Source of the DNA: Tubiluchus corallicola | Taxonomy: Eukaryota; Animalia; Priapulida | Assembly: GCA_030141605.1 (NCBI GenBank) | Contig: JAQGDQ010000047.1 | Coordinates: 310,001 to 374,000 of the forward strand | DNA: 64,000 bases | Reading direction: 5' to 3' | Shown: piece after piece, positions 1-12,547 of the stretch | How positions within the stretch are numbered: the first letter of the stretch is position 1 | How the letters are laid out: each line of letters begins with the position of its first letter | The notes under the pieces: model-generated | Database searches by the model: none | The model's input: only the letters and a program-made list of their open reading frames with translations | Told to the model about the DNA's origin: nothing | Program-made: the position numbers and the translations under genes

Positions 1-1472
1 TTAGAGCAGCATATTATTTTTTCTCACATGTGATTTTAAGCTGAAAATGTATTAATGAATTAGATACTAATATGAAAATGAATTCGATAAATAGTAGGCT
101 GCAACACAAATATTAGTGCTCATTTTTCCAAGCTCAAGTGTCTAATGTAACAGACAGTAAACAAGGGAAAAGTTGTTGCAAAATAGTGTGAGTAAAAAAT
201 TATGAAGCATCTATAAAGTTTTAACATATTCAAATTGTTAAATAGCAAATTTATCGACTTTAATTTATTTGATGGGCCCCATTCAACAATTCATGGGTAC
301 AAGTAGATTGAGCTTTTAAATAAAAGTGAGTAAATATGAACTTCAAAATACTGCAAACATTATACTGTAGCTATTTTTGCAGACAGTAAAATGGGGATAT
401 CACTTCACATGGTCATTGAATCATTGACTGCAAAAGCTTACACATTGAACAGTGTTCATGGGTTACAAATTCTGTTTACTGCCAGATAGAGTGCATCATA
501 AAGTAAATTTGTTGAAATAATAAATAATTAATTTTTTGTGCAGCTGTAATGCTATGATAAAATTGTTTATCTTAAGACGCTTTTTCATCAGTGATATTAT
601 TATTAAAGCTGTATGTAAAAATGTTTTTGTGCTATTTTTCAGTTTGTAACCGATCAAGATGTTGTCACGGTTGATGCTGAGAATCTTAGTACCATGAAAT
701 GGAAAAAAGGGGTAAGTGTGGTATTTGTTCACTTAGTCACTTAACTGACACGGGTACTTGGTAGAAAATGCATTTTGTTGTAATGTTATCATCACTTTCA
801 GATTACTTTATTTTAAAGACCTTTCAAGCCTCATTAATAATTCCAAGACATCACTAGGAGCTCAGAAGAATAAAATAAAAAATGTAGTATCTGTATTGGA
901 CTATAGCTGTAATATTCTGGTTAGAGGGCACTTCATGCATCTTAAGTAGTTTTGCAATGCTTCACTACACAAATTTTAACATTGTACATTAATAATATGC
1001 AGAGATTTGATATAAACTCATTCTTTCTTTATTTATGGGGTTAAAAATCTGTGTGAAAGTTTAATTTGAGTTATATATTTGATTTATCCGTTTATATTCA
1101 GAACAGTATTCAAGTAAACAAAAATTTTATGCAGTTTAGCACACTACAAGTGGATGTCCAACACTCACAGCAGCAACTCATGATTCTTGATATAGACAAA
1201 CAGTTGTGGCAAAAGATGAACCTCACTCACTATAAAAGAAAATCCTCTGAAATGAGACACTGGATTAACAGTGGTGTCTTAATCACCTTTTATTGAAACA
1301 AATTGTCAATAAGCAGTAGTGTGAAAGCTAAAATTCCCAAAAGCACTTTTTTCGAGTCACTCGTCACTGGTTCAGTGCTGATTAACAGTTATGATCAAGA
1401 GCAAGCTATGATCACTCATCTCGTCTCTTTGCCTTAAATGAGTTATTTGAGTAAACTTGCTTTTCATTATAG

Positions 1473-1556
1473 GTTACAGCTGAGAAGAAAGATGATAGCT
1501 ATGACGTGACAATAGGGATAGTCAATCCACTGTATGAAGAGCATAAACCACATTAA
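1473..1556 (+). CDS. Possible terminal coding exon of an upstream gene that starts outside the window; VTAEKKDDSYDVTIGIVNPLYEEHKPH*
   Basis: Pyrimidine-rich acceptor (ttttcattatag) followed by an open frame ending in TAA. The peptide has an NPxY motif (NPLY), typical of cytoplasmic tails of membrane proteins. A compatible phase-0 exon candidate lies at 643-711 (cag|...|gtaagt), and AATAAA signals occur near 2.3-2.4 kb. No family recognised. Confidence 0.4.
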   Translation, partial: VTAEKKDDSYDVTIGIVNPLYEEHKPH

Positions 1557-3096
1557 GAAGCTTGAGGTTTGCATTACTAACTAATAACATGGTCTGACCT
1601 CATATTATTGGACAAATCATTAAATGAGTATGATGATCTGCTGAAATTAGTTAATATATTTTTTTAGCTTTCATATTTTTCAAAGATTACAAATTGTGAT
1701 TAAACATGTGACAACTGCTGGTAATAAGGTTCCCATTATGCAGATGGCTCAGAGAGTCAAAATGTCTGCATAATCTATCTTCGTGTATAGAAACTGGGAA
1801 GTTCTATGCCGAGTGCTTCTTTCTTCTTCGACTATAATGAACAAAATGTATTGTGATGGGTTATCTTTTTCCCGGATTTCTTTTCGTTTTAGCCCAATTT
1901 GATATCGTATTTTACGATAAACTCACGCTAAAATTACTTTTCCTTTTTGCATAAATAGATGATCCTTCATATCTTGTGTCAGTTAGTTAATAGTCTGATG
2001 CTCACCAAAGCTTTTGATCTGTGATATTTTAACGATTTTTAAAGTTGAATATCTGTGTATATACTTAGTGAATTTGTTGAACCATGTAATAAATTTTATT
2101 TTATGATGAATTTTGTAAACGGAATTTTTGATTACTTGCCTCTTGTGCTTTTTAGTAATATTTATTGTAATCAGAGCAATGTTGATGTAATGAATTTAAA
2201 ATACACTGTGATAATTTATAATTTGTTGAGAATAGCACTAATCAACTGATATCAATGCCAACAAAACAAATAAAAAGATGTTTTACATGAATTATAATTA
2301 TAAATGTAATTATGTATAGCGTTTTGTAAATTATCCTTCACCCATTAATGTAATAATTCTAATTATACAAATAAAGTTTATTTCACCAAGATTCTGTATT
2401 ATTACTATTATTGACACAACATTTCATGCACTTGATATAAAAGCTAATAAAATAAAAAATTGGTTTGCGGTGCATAAATTACATCAGTTACATGAGCATC
2501 AAATTTCTATATAATTATAATAATAATTAACAGTGTTACTGGTGTACTAAAAAAGATGTTTTGTTCATTGATTCTGCAGGTAAATGCAGCTTTATCCAAG
2601 TACTAAATTAATACCATGTAAAGAAATTCATTTACGATTCCTGAATCACCAACATAATTGATACTACGATTTCAATATGCTATGATAGCCTATCACTCAA
2701 GTAATACCAAAATAAAATTCATTGCATCCAGTTTTGACAGATCAATCGCAATCACTTACAATTTGCTGTACTGTCAAAATTTCATCTCTTACATTGTCAT
2801 TTCATAGGCGGCAAAAATTCCAGTCTGAAAAAATGCACAAATTTTTATTTTCCTTAACCTAACACATATTTACAGCTAAATTATGACAACATGGTCATTA
2901 GCAGGCATTTTAACACAGTTCTGGGTTTTTCATGAAGCAAAATTTTTAAAGGTTAAACCAAATGCACACTTTTTAATAACATTTAGAACTCTGCAGGTCC
3001 TTAATACACTATTGTGGCGGAACCGGAACTCGTTCAACATCAAGGATAATCTGAGATGGTAATCAAGCTGGTACCTGAAACCATTCAGAAGCAGCC

Positions 3097-3149
3097 TTCC
3101 TGATAGTCATCCATCCATTTACTAACCAGGCTTGACCTTACTTAACTGC
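3097..3149 (-). mobile_element. 5S rRNA-derived fragment (SINE head or 5S pseudogene piece)
   Basis: The minus strand reads GCAGTTAAGTAAGGTCAAGCCTGGTTAGTAAATGGATGGATGACTATCAGGAA, collinear with the 5S internal control region (box A-IE-box C: AAGCTAAGCAGGGTCGGGCCTGGTTAGTACTTGGATGGGAGACC). The 5S 5' third and 3' end are absent. Confidence 0.65.
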
Positions 3150-4565
3150 GGCCCCATCTCCTTAACCATAATATTATCATTGCCATTATCTGGGCCTCTC
3201 TTTACACTTTCATTTTAAAAAGCATTTTATAACTTAAGATGTGCAGTACAGCCAAAAATCTAAAAAGTACATGTACACAGTCAATTACCACCCTGAATTC
3301 ATCGAATATTTGCAAAATCCAACCAATTTACAATTTTATGCTTGAACTCAGATTTGGTGCAACACTATCAGTAACACAGTTGACGAATTTTTATTGAAAA
3401 TATGGTTTAACATCTCACCTGGGTAACAAATTCTAGCAATGTAATTTCAGTGCTCCATCTTCGCAAAATAACTACATTTTGCACGAGTCCAACACAATCT
3501 CTTATCCCACACTACACACGTGTCAACACTCAGGAAAAGTGCAAGTTTACTTGAAAATATTAATAACGAACTAACACACCCAATTTTCCTTTTAAACAGT
3601 AAGTTAAATTTACCTAGCTAATCTATCTATAAAGAAAATTTACAAGTTAGGAAAAAACAGTAAATTGCATAGAAGTGAAATACTGCTGAACGGTCTCATT
3701 TTTTTCACACATAAATTCTTTTAACTGTACTTGCATCAAACACTATTTACAAAATTCTGAGGCACAACTGCGTTAAAAACATGATTAGACAAAATATTAC
3801 AGATACCAGCAGCTACACTTAATGTATAGACAACATTTTAATATTGCCAACAAGAAATTTCCATATTGCTTCTATAGTTCAGTATTTTACTAGAATAATG
3901 AGTCTTAATATTCCTATAAACAATATTGGGGTTTAAGCATTAATCTCGATTTTATATTCAATTATATAAGTTAACATTATCAGAATTCTGTACATCAAAA
4001 ATTACATGTAAAAACTTTAATAAAAGGTTACATAATTTGGAGATATGAAATAAAAATAAATAAGTGAAGATCTTTCTCAACTACTTTACATGGCCAGGTA
4101 CTAAAGTTTGTTAGAGAAATATAGTTGTATTTTTTGTATTAAAAGATCAAAGCCAAAAATTGGGAAGCAATTTTCAAATATAATGAAATCAAAATTCTAC
4201 ACAGTACAAATCACTAGAAAGAATCATAAAATTCCAAGAGACTGTGTCAAGTCAAGAATACTGGCAGATCTGCAGTCAATGTGGAAAACTCATTTCACTG
4301 CACAAGTCGCAAGTAACAAATGCTGATTAATAGAAAAAAGATATTCTGGCAAGACATCAAAGAAATGGAACCTAAACTGTCAAAAATTACATCTAAGAAT
4401 TTCAAAGTCATAAATCACGATTTTTATTCGAATTATAATCTTAAATTTTTGGACATGAGCATGCAAAACAGCCTACTAAATTGATCAACCCAGCAAAAAT
4501 TTCAATAATATACAAGTCATTCTCTCTCTAGTACTACAGATAAGATTCCTGTACAAAGACTCAGT

Positions 4566-7500
4566 TTAGGCCATTTTTGCAACCTCTCGAATGCCGCTCA
4601 AGTATGCTCCAGTTACAGTTTGCGGAAAATGCCTGTTAGTTGCCTAAAAAAACAAAAATTTCATCCTATAGTACATGGAATACACAACTCGAGTGTAAGC
4701 CCATACACATTAAACACATTCTTGGAAAATATGGTTGAGTCCAAATAGGGTTCGAAGTTCGGCACAGGATGGGGGTTTGGGTCGGAATAAGTGATTTGGA
4801 TTCGAAGTTCGGGAATGCTAAATTTATTTGAGGTCAGGAATTTTAGTTGCTTGGGATGAAGAGGTCGGCATTGGAGTTCCCGTAATTCGAGTTAAAAAAA
4901 TTACACCAAAATGATTTCATTCTTTCTTCCACTTCCCCAACTTTAGCTCTAGTTTAGCAGCGCGAATCTGTGCTCTAACATATTAAATATTTCGATAAAC
5001 GCAACATGATTCACTCAGTTGCAGTAAGTTCAAATGGTTTTATCTGCAGCAGCCTATTGCTAAAATAATTGTTAGAAAGAATTATGCACAGTGACAGAGT
5101 GATCTGAAAGGATTTTAGATATGAAAGATACAATAGCAATGAGACAAAAATCATATAAATTATTTTCGGTAGAGGAATATATATTACATTTTATATATTT
5201 CTCGTTATTGGATTTCAACATTACAGGGAAATTTCTTCCACCATAGGATGTGACTCCCCATGTGACCTGTGGAATAAATTAGTCACATTCACAGACAACC
5301 AAATGTACCTTCCCTGTATGTGCAATGAAAAGATAATTATGCATTTATTTTAACTACTGACAAGAGCACTCTGTAAGGTGGAACAGCCTTAGTTGACACT
5401 GACTATCTAACAAGTTTGGAGAATTTCTATAATAGTATCATTAAAGCTACAACTCAATCAATTCCCCAAGAAAAGTACACGAAATGCTCCTCAAATTTGG
5501 TGATGGTTAAGTATAAACTATCCAAACATGTCTTTCAGCTGTGGGTCAATAATGTAAGACACAGCGTCCTAATGAAATGCGACGCACACGAGCCAATTTT
5601 AAACAAACTTTGTGACAACGTAAACCACAGCACGAAGCAATTAAAGCTGATAAGCTTGTTCTCAGTGCGAAGGACTGGGATTCTTTTAAATTTTGGAACA
5701 ATGTTCAAAAACAATGTAATTCCAAAGTTCCAAAAAATAAATAATGCAGCTGGTCAACATGAGATTCATAATGGAACAACTATTACTGATCATTGTTAAA
5801 CAGTACGGACACTCTTCATCAGTGGAGAAACTTAGAAGATACTTTTAATGAGCATAAATTTCACTAATATATCACCTCTTTTGAGATGACTTGCTTTGTT
5901 ATTAAACATATTATTTGTTACTAAATATTCATTCATTTTTCGTGTTTTCCTCCTATGCTTTCAATAAATTTTGTACATTAGTGGCTGTCAGCAAGCATAA
6001 TTTTGTAAAAATGAGCGAGTGAGATGTGGCTTAGAGCCAACTGCCGATCTTTGTATTAAAAACCAGTTTTCCATAAAGGTGGATAATGCACATCAATGTC
6101 CGGTTTAATTAATCACAGTCTGTACTCTTACCTCCCCAGCAAAAAACAGTTTTTTCTGGACATCTTCAGCTAGGACATCGTAAGCCTCTCCCTGTCCACC
6201 AGTCATAATGTAACTAAATGCCATCCTGGCATATTCATCATTTCTCCAGTTTGTGACGAAGGAAGCTTCCGGTTCTGGAACATTCTAACCACAAAATTCA
6301 TATGTAGAATAACTTATCACTTTACAATTGACAAATATTGCTAAGTGTATCAAATGTAATTTGAAAAGCTCAATGTGCTGAGGTATCAAAGAAGCAATAA
6401 AAAAGTGTTTACCAAAAAGGATTGAATCAGGACCTGCTATTCAGCAAGTGTCTCTGTAACTATGCTAGTGGACTTTCAATTTTGCAAGCGGAGGTCAAGA
6501 ACTCCACTCATGATATTTTCAAGATTAAAAAGCGATAATTAGTTCCACTTCAAAAAATGCCATATGAGAAAATTGCAAAAAATGATCTCTTTGAAAAAAA
6601 TGCGAGAAAAAGTAAAAGCCAATTGTCAATTAGTCTGCATCCATTGAGTTTGACGGAAAGAAAATCATTGATTAAGTGAGAAGTACTACTAATATATGTT
6701 CAAATTTTCATTCATTATTGTAAACATAGTAACTGTAGGACCAGATTTGTGCTACTGAAGTAAACTTACCTCTTCCGGGAAAAGTTTTCTGAGTATGTTT
6801 GTGGCTAGAGAAACGATATCTTTGTCATCTTTCTCCTTGACAAGGTTAACGGCTGAACCACTAACATGAGACATCAATATTCCTCCTTCTGCATCTTTCT
6901 GTAAAAACAGTAAGTAAAACATCTGCAAGTGTGTGCCTTGTTTTATGATAGTTACGACAGCAAAATAACAGACATCTCATTATAACTTCTTTGTTTAGCT
7001 GCATTCAGTTAACTGCACTCACTTCACTGCTTGCTTTTACTGTTACATTGTTTTACAGTGGCAGTGCAATTATTTTTCTTCAAATTGTATTGGCATATTT
7101 TATTGATTACGCTTCAAAGAACTCACACACACTGAGTCACTGAGACTCTCGTGATCTATTCTTTCTCCCATTAAGAACATTTTTAATCCAGCATTTTTTG
7201 TTCTGCGTCTAATTCTCAAGACTTACTTAAAACAAATCTCAGTTGTCAGAAAGCACAAGTCTAGAACAGCCACTAGAAATTTAAACATTATGAAAGTCGG
7301 TTCTAGCACAGTTTTACATCTGAAATGCATTTGACACTGGCCCTACATTTTCCAAGATATCAAATTCAAAGCTTTAGTTAATGGTCAACTCATGATAAGT
7401 TCATAAACATCACCATCAGGTATTTTCTGTATAAGAATTTCTAACTTGTAAAGTGTAAATTGTAAAGTCACCACAGCAGAGACAGCGTATTTTATGCTTC

Positions 7501-10500
7501 GGCCCTGTCAGCCCCTACCACAATTAACCACTTTAGCACCACAACTAGCACTCTATTCTCTATCACCCAAGGAACACCTCCCATATCTATCCACCGTTGA
7601 TTACAAGCCATGCAAGTTTGGTTATACAACTCCTTACCACTAATTTGGCACATTTCTTCTCCTCAACCTCATCCTCATTATTCTAAGACTTTGCATTTCT
7701 CTGTATGCAAACATATGAAATTTTATAAATGATACTAGAAAGAAATCCAGATAAATTGATAAAGCAATCGAGCATGCTATATAAGAACTTCAACATGTCG
7801 ACAGTTATTGCTCGTTGTTGCACAGTCATTTTGAAACTGACTTTGACAAAATTCCGAAGCATTATACCATAACATGTTCCATGACGGATTTTCAATGTGA
7901 TACGGCACTTCTATGATGATAACAATGCCTTAACATTTTTTTCAAAAGAAGTTTTCCATATTAACACCTAATGCTTCCCGGGAATATATATCAACATGTA
8001 TATATACATATATATATACATACATAAACGATTAATACAGTTTTTCTAAAATAATGCTGGAAAATTTGCTGCACATATGTGCAAGTTTGATGATTAATTT
8101 GTTAGGTTTACTTGTTTGACAACAGCTATAATTTTGCTGATTACATGCAAAAATGTCTTACTAGTACACTAATTTGACATACTTATGTTTGCATGAAATT
8201 TTCTGGTGGCCTTAAAGGCACAAATAATTAGTAAAAAAAATGTGAGCATTGCATTGATGACAATGGCCATACACTATTTAAGAAAAAAGGAAAAAAGCTT
8301 TCAGAATTCGCACGTTTTGAGTTAAGAGCATTGAATGCACAGTTTGCACACAGCAGAATGTATGTACGACATTCACACACTGCATTACAAAATCAAAGTT
8401 GACTAAGAAAATAGCAAGCTTACATTAGTGAGGAAAGTGTAAAATACATTGAACAACCCCCGCTCCTCTTCTGATGCTGGTACATGGCCGAAGAACTGAA
8501 AACTAACAATCTTTTTTTCCCAAAATCTTGTTGGAAATTTAAGTAAAACCTGTGAAAAAAGTACACTGTATAAAACAATCAACACATTTTGTCACGCATA
8601 ACTGAAAATAACGCAAAACTACAAGAATTTAGAATACTTGTATAAAATACTACCAAAGCAAAGTAAACAAACGATAACTCACTTTCTCTATCACACCTGC
8701 TCCAAGATGTGAAAGAGCCTTTTCTTTATCCTTTGGAAATTCAGGCTTAAACTTTACTGTACCCGCTTGCAAGATCGACAATGGTAAAGTTACTAACACC
8801 TACATGTAAAAAGAAAACATGAAAATACATATATATATAAATTATGGTATGTGTACACTGTACATGTTAATTTAATGGAGTTAGTGCATCATGTAGCATC
8901 ATACATAAAAACAATCAGTAATTGACCAGGTAAGTATAAAGGCAAATTACTTAATTTCTAACTAGTGATAATGAAAACTACCGGTTTATATAGTCCCTAT
9001 TTCCAGATCAAGTTCTGTGCTTTGTATTATAGTATTGTGAATGGTTACATTTAATTTTTGCCCATTTACGTAACGAGACTTTGAAAACAAGATAAGTATT
9101 CTTTGCATCCATTACTGAAAAATTACAGTAGAATTCGCATTGCAAATCAATGGAAAATAAATCCAGCTGCTTATGGTGGCCTCTATGGCTGATATGAAAC
9201 TGTATAACACTTTAATCTAGTAAAATCCGCTGTTTATTAAATCCAAACTTCACTTTGTCAATCCTCCTTTACCCCTGCGAAGCAAAAAGTTGTGACGTAA
9301 GACCACACAACTGTCCCGCTTTTTAACAAGGGGTGAGCATCGAATGTTCGATTCGAACGAGCAACACTTCAATTACATACGTTATTCATCTTTAAAACAT
9401 TTGAAATGTCATGCAGTCAGCACAATTTAGCTGTGGTTTCTGCGCACAATTTTTAAACAAATTAGTAGTGTTTTTACTGCAGAATAAAATATGTATGATC
9501 TTTGTGAGGCGACTTTTTATTAATGACTTGAAAATTTATTCGAAAATTTTGACAAATTGAAAGTGAAACCGAATTCGATTCGGATTCAAAATCTAAAAGT
9601 TTGGTTTGATTCGAGTTTGAAAGTCACAAATTCAATTTGATTCGAATTCACTTTCGCTCACCCCTACTTTTAACTTTGAGCCAGAACAGCATCATTGTTC
9701 TGAGGACGTTTTACATCTGTGCAGTTTTTCAACTTAATTTTTTTCTTTTAAGTTACACCTTCAAACACAGGCACAAGATTTAAGGTTAAGCACAAGATGC
9801 GAGATTTAATTAGGTTAAACTAATGTGCTAATTCTTGCTGATAAACCATTGTAAGAATGTCAATGACACAAAAAAATTGTTGCTGACTCACCACTGATAT
9901 TAAAGTTACCTGTAGTGCACTTTTTAAATTGACAAATAGCTTATAATTTATAAAGGATAAAGGCATGATCGATAAACAAGCATACATACTTTACATGACT
10001 TACTTTAAATACACGAATGCTAATAAATTATTTCACTTTACTTAAAAAATTTTCACGAGCAGTTTACGAAGTGTTAAGAGTATTAGCTTCATAAATAAAC
10101 AATACTTACTATAGTAACATAAAAATAGCTACCTAAAGGGTGTCTTAGGTTAATAAATCCAGATCCAGCCACTTAATTAATTAAGGTGGATTTATTAAGT
10201 GAAGTATAATGTATTATAGATAATCACTCAGTTTAAAAACAAAGCGTAAAAAAGCGAAATGTGACCTTTTTAGCGTTAAACATTTCTCCAGTGGTGGAAT
10301 GGACTATAACGTTATCTCCAGAATAATCTATGCTTGAAACCTACAGAACAATAAAAGAAACTCGTAGTAGGTACTACAAAGATACATTATAAAACAACCT
10401 TTCACGTACATTTACATAAAAATAAATAAATAGATAAATAAAAATATATACTCTATACACTATACTTTATGGCTGATCGCCATTTAAGTAGTACAAGACT

Positions 10501-12479
10501 TCAAAATGACCATAAAAAATATAAACCATATAAACCATGGTATTAGCAAAATATGGCCATGTTTAAAGTCAGAGTATTAGCAATAGAAGAACCTTTACAG
10601 CTGGATTTTTAAAAAACAATCTAAAAAGTAAATTTTCAGCCACGTTACATAAATTATTAAATATATAAAGACAAAAATCAGCACAAGATACACGCACAAA
10701 ATCGGTTTAATAACAAGATGATCTCACAGTAACTGCTAATGACAATATATGTGATACCTCAGTATTAAACTTAATATCAAGTCCATCAGCCAGTTTATTC
10801 AATAGTGTAAAATAACCCTGGGGTAGCCATGCATGAAATCCGTTAAATTGTGCAAAATTTTCATTCTGATCCCAGTTAATGGATGATGCTTCATTCAGAC
10901 TGCAGCCACAAGCATACTCTAAATTGCAAATGTGAAATTGTAGTATCTTCTCTTCTGTCTGCAAAAAGTAAATGCATTAAAGACCATTAATGCAATCACC
11001 AAAAGGGCTTTTCAGATTCATCTGCAAAGAACACACCTCATGTGGCTTATAAAAAAATATAATGAACGGCATAAAAAAGCAGTAAATTTGCTAAATACTT
11101 CGGTAAATTTGAGATCGGTTTCCTCCGTAAAATTTTTGTGCATTTCAAGAAATTTCTCATAGAGATTCATGTCATCTTTTAAGCCTTTTCCCTTTCTCCA
11201 TTCAGCTACAGCATCCAGTACAGCGTTAAAATGAAAATTGACCCGTTTCTCTGACTCATGGTCGACTAAATTTCCTCTCTCATCGATGAGTTCACATTTG
11301 TCAGCGAGCATCTGAACTTCTGTTCCAGCCTTAAAAACATCAAATTTAATAATTCAAACAGTGTTTGCTACAGTGCTGTATTACATATAATATATGTAAT
11401 ACAAAACAGAGAATTTAAAAAATTACATACTTAACTTACAAACAAATAATTAACTAAATGGTCGAGTTTACTAAATATATATATATATTTAGTGATACAT
11501 ATGATACATTTCATGAATAATATATAATATATAATAATCTTTATTTGCCATTAAAAACATTGATAATCACTGATAAAAACTTTACAGAGATAATCAATCA
11601 GTGTTAGTTAATAAAAACTTACACTGCTGAAGGCAAATGCGACAGTGCAATCTAAACTACTGTGCAGTAATGACTAATAAAATCAAACATATTTACAACC
11701 ATACACAAAAAAAACTATGAATTAATTAATATGGCCGTGGGTATATGAATTCTGAATTAGTGTGTATGTTGTCGTACTGGTGTGATGGTATTTCATATCT
11801 GGTTAATATTAGTAATTTTAATTTTGTTTTAAATGCTGATAGGGACTTGATTTGTTTAACCTGTAATGGTAGAGAATTCCAAAGTAAAATTGCTTGTTTG
11901 ATTACAGAGTTCGTTCCATAGTGGGTATTTGTCCTAATTTGTTTTAGATTGCTTGTTCTGGAATTAACGATAGGATTTGGAAAAAAGGTAAATCTGTTAT
12001 TCTGGAATGGTTTGCTGATGTTGTTAATATATTTAAATATAAAAAGCAGAGTAAAATATTCTTTGTGTGCTTCAATGATTGGGAATTTTAAAGTTTTTCT
12101 CAGGTTAGTTGTTGAAGCTATCAATCTCAATGCATAGTTTTGAAGGAGATTTAATTTTAAGTAATTTTCTCTTTTGGTTTTTTGAAGTAGTGTACATCCA
12201 TATAAGAAGTGTGGTAGAACTAAAGTTTTATATATTAGTGTTTTAGTTTCCTTTGTTAGTTGCCCTTTAACTTGTCGGAGATATGATGTGCTAGATGCCA
12301 TTTTTGTGTATATGTTATTAAAGTGTTCATCCCATGAAAGATTATTGTCTACCTGTATGTCCAGGTATGAGTTTTTTGAATGAACTACTAATTGACATTG
12401 TTTATTTATTTATTTATGCAGCTAACCAAATGAATGTATTATATTTACAATAAGTCGAAATAAATCGTATACATATATC

Positions 12480-12547
<68 letters not shown>

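Noticed and set aside
4732-5220. Possible MITE with TTCGAAGTTCGG subrepeats in the last KDM1B intron
   Set aside because: The inverted ends are only loosely similar and no TSD was found; probably a repeat, but its boundaries and class are unsupported.
5416-5799. 127-aa ORF in the last KDM1B intron
   Set aside because: Non-ATG start and no recognisable domain; at most a scrap of decayed LINE ORF2.
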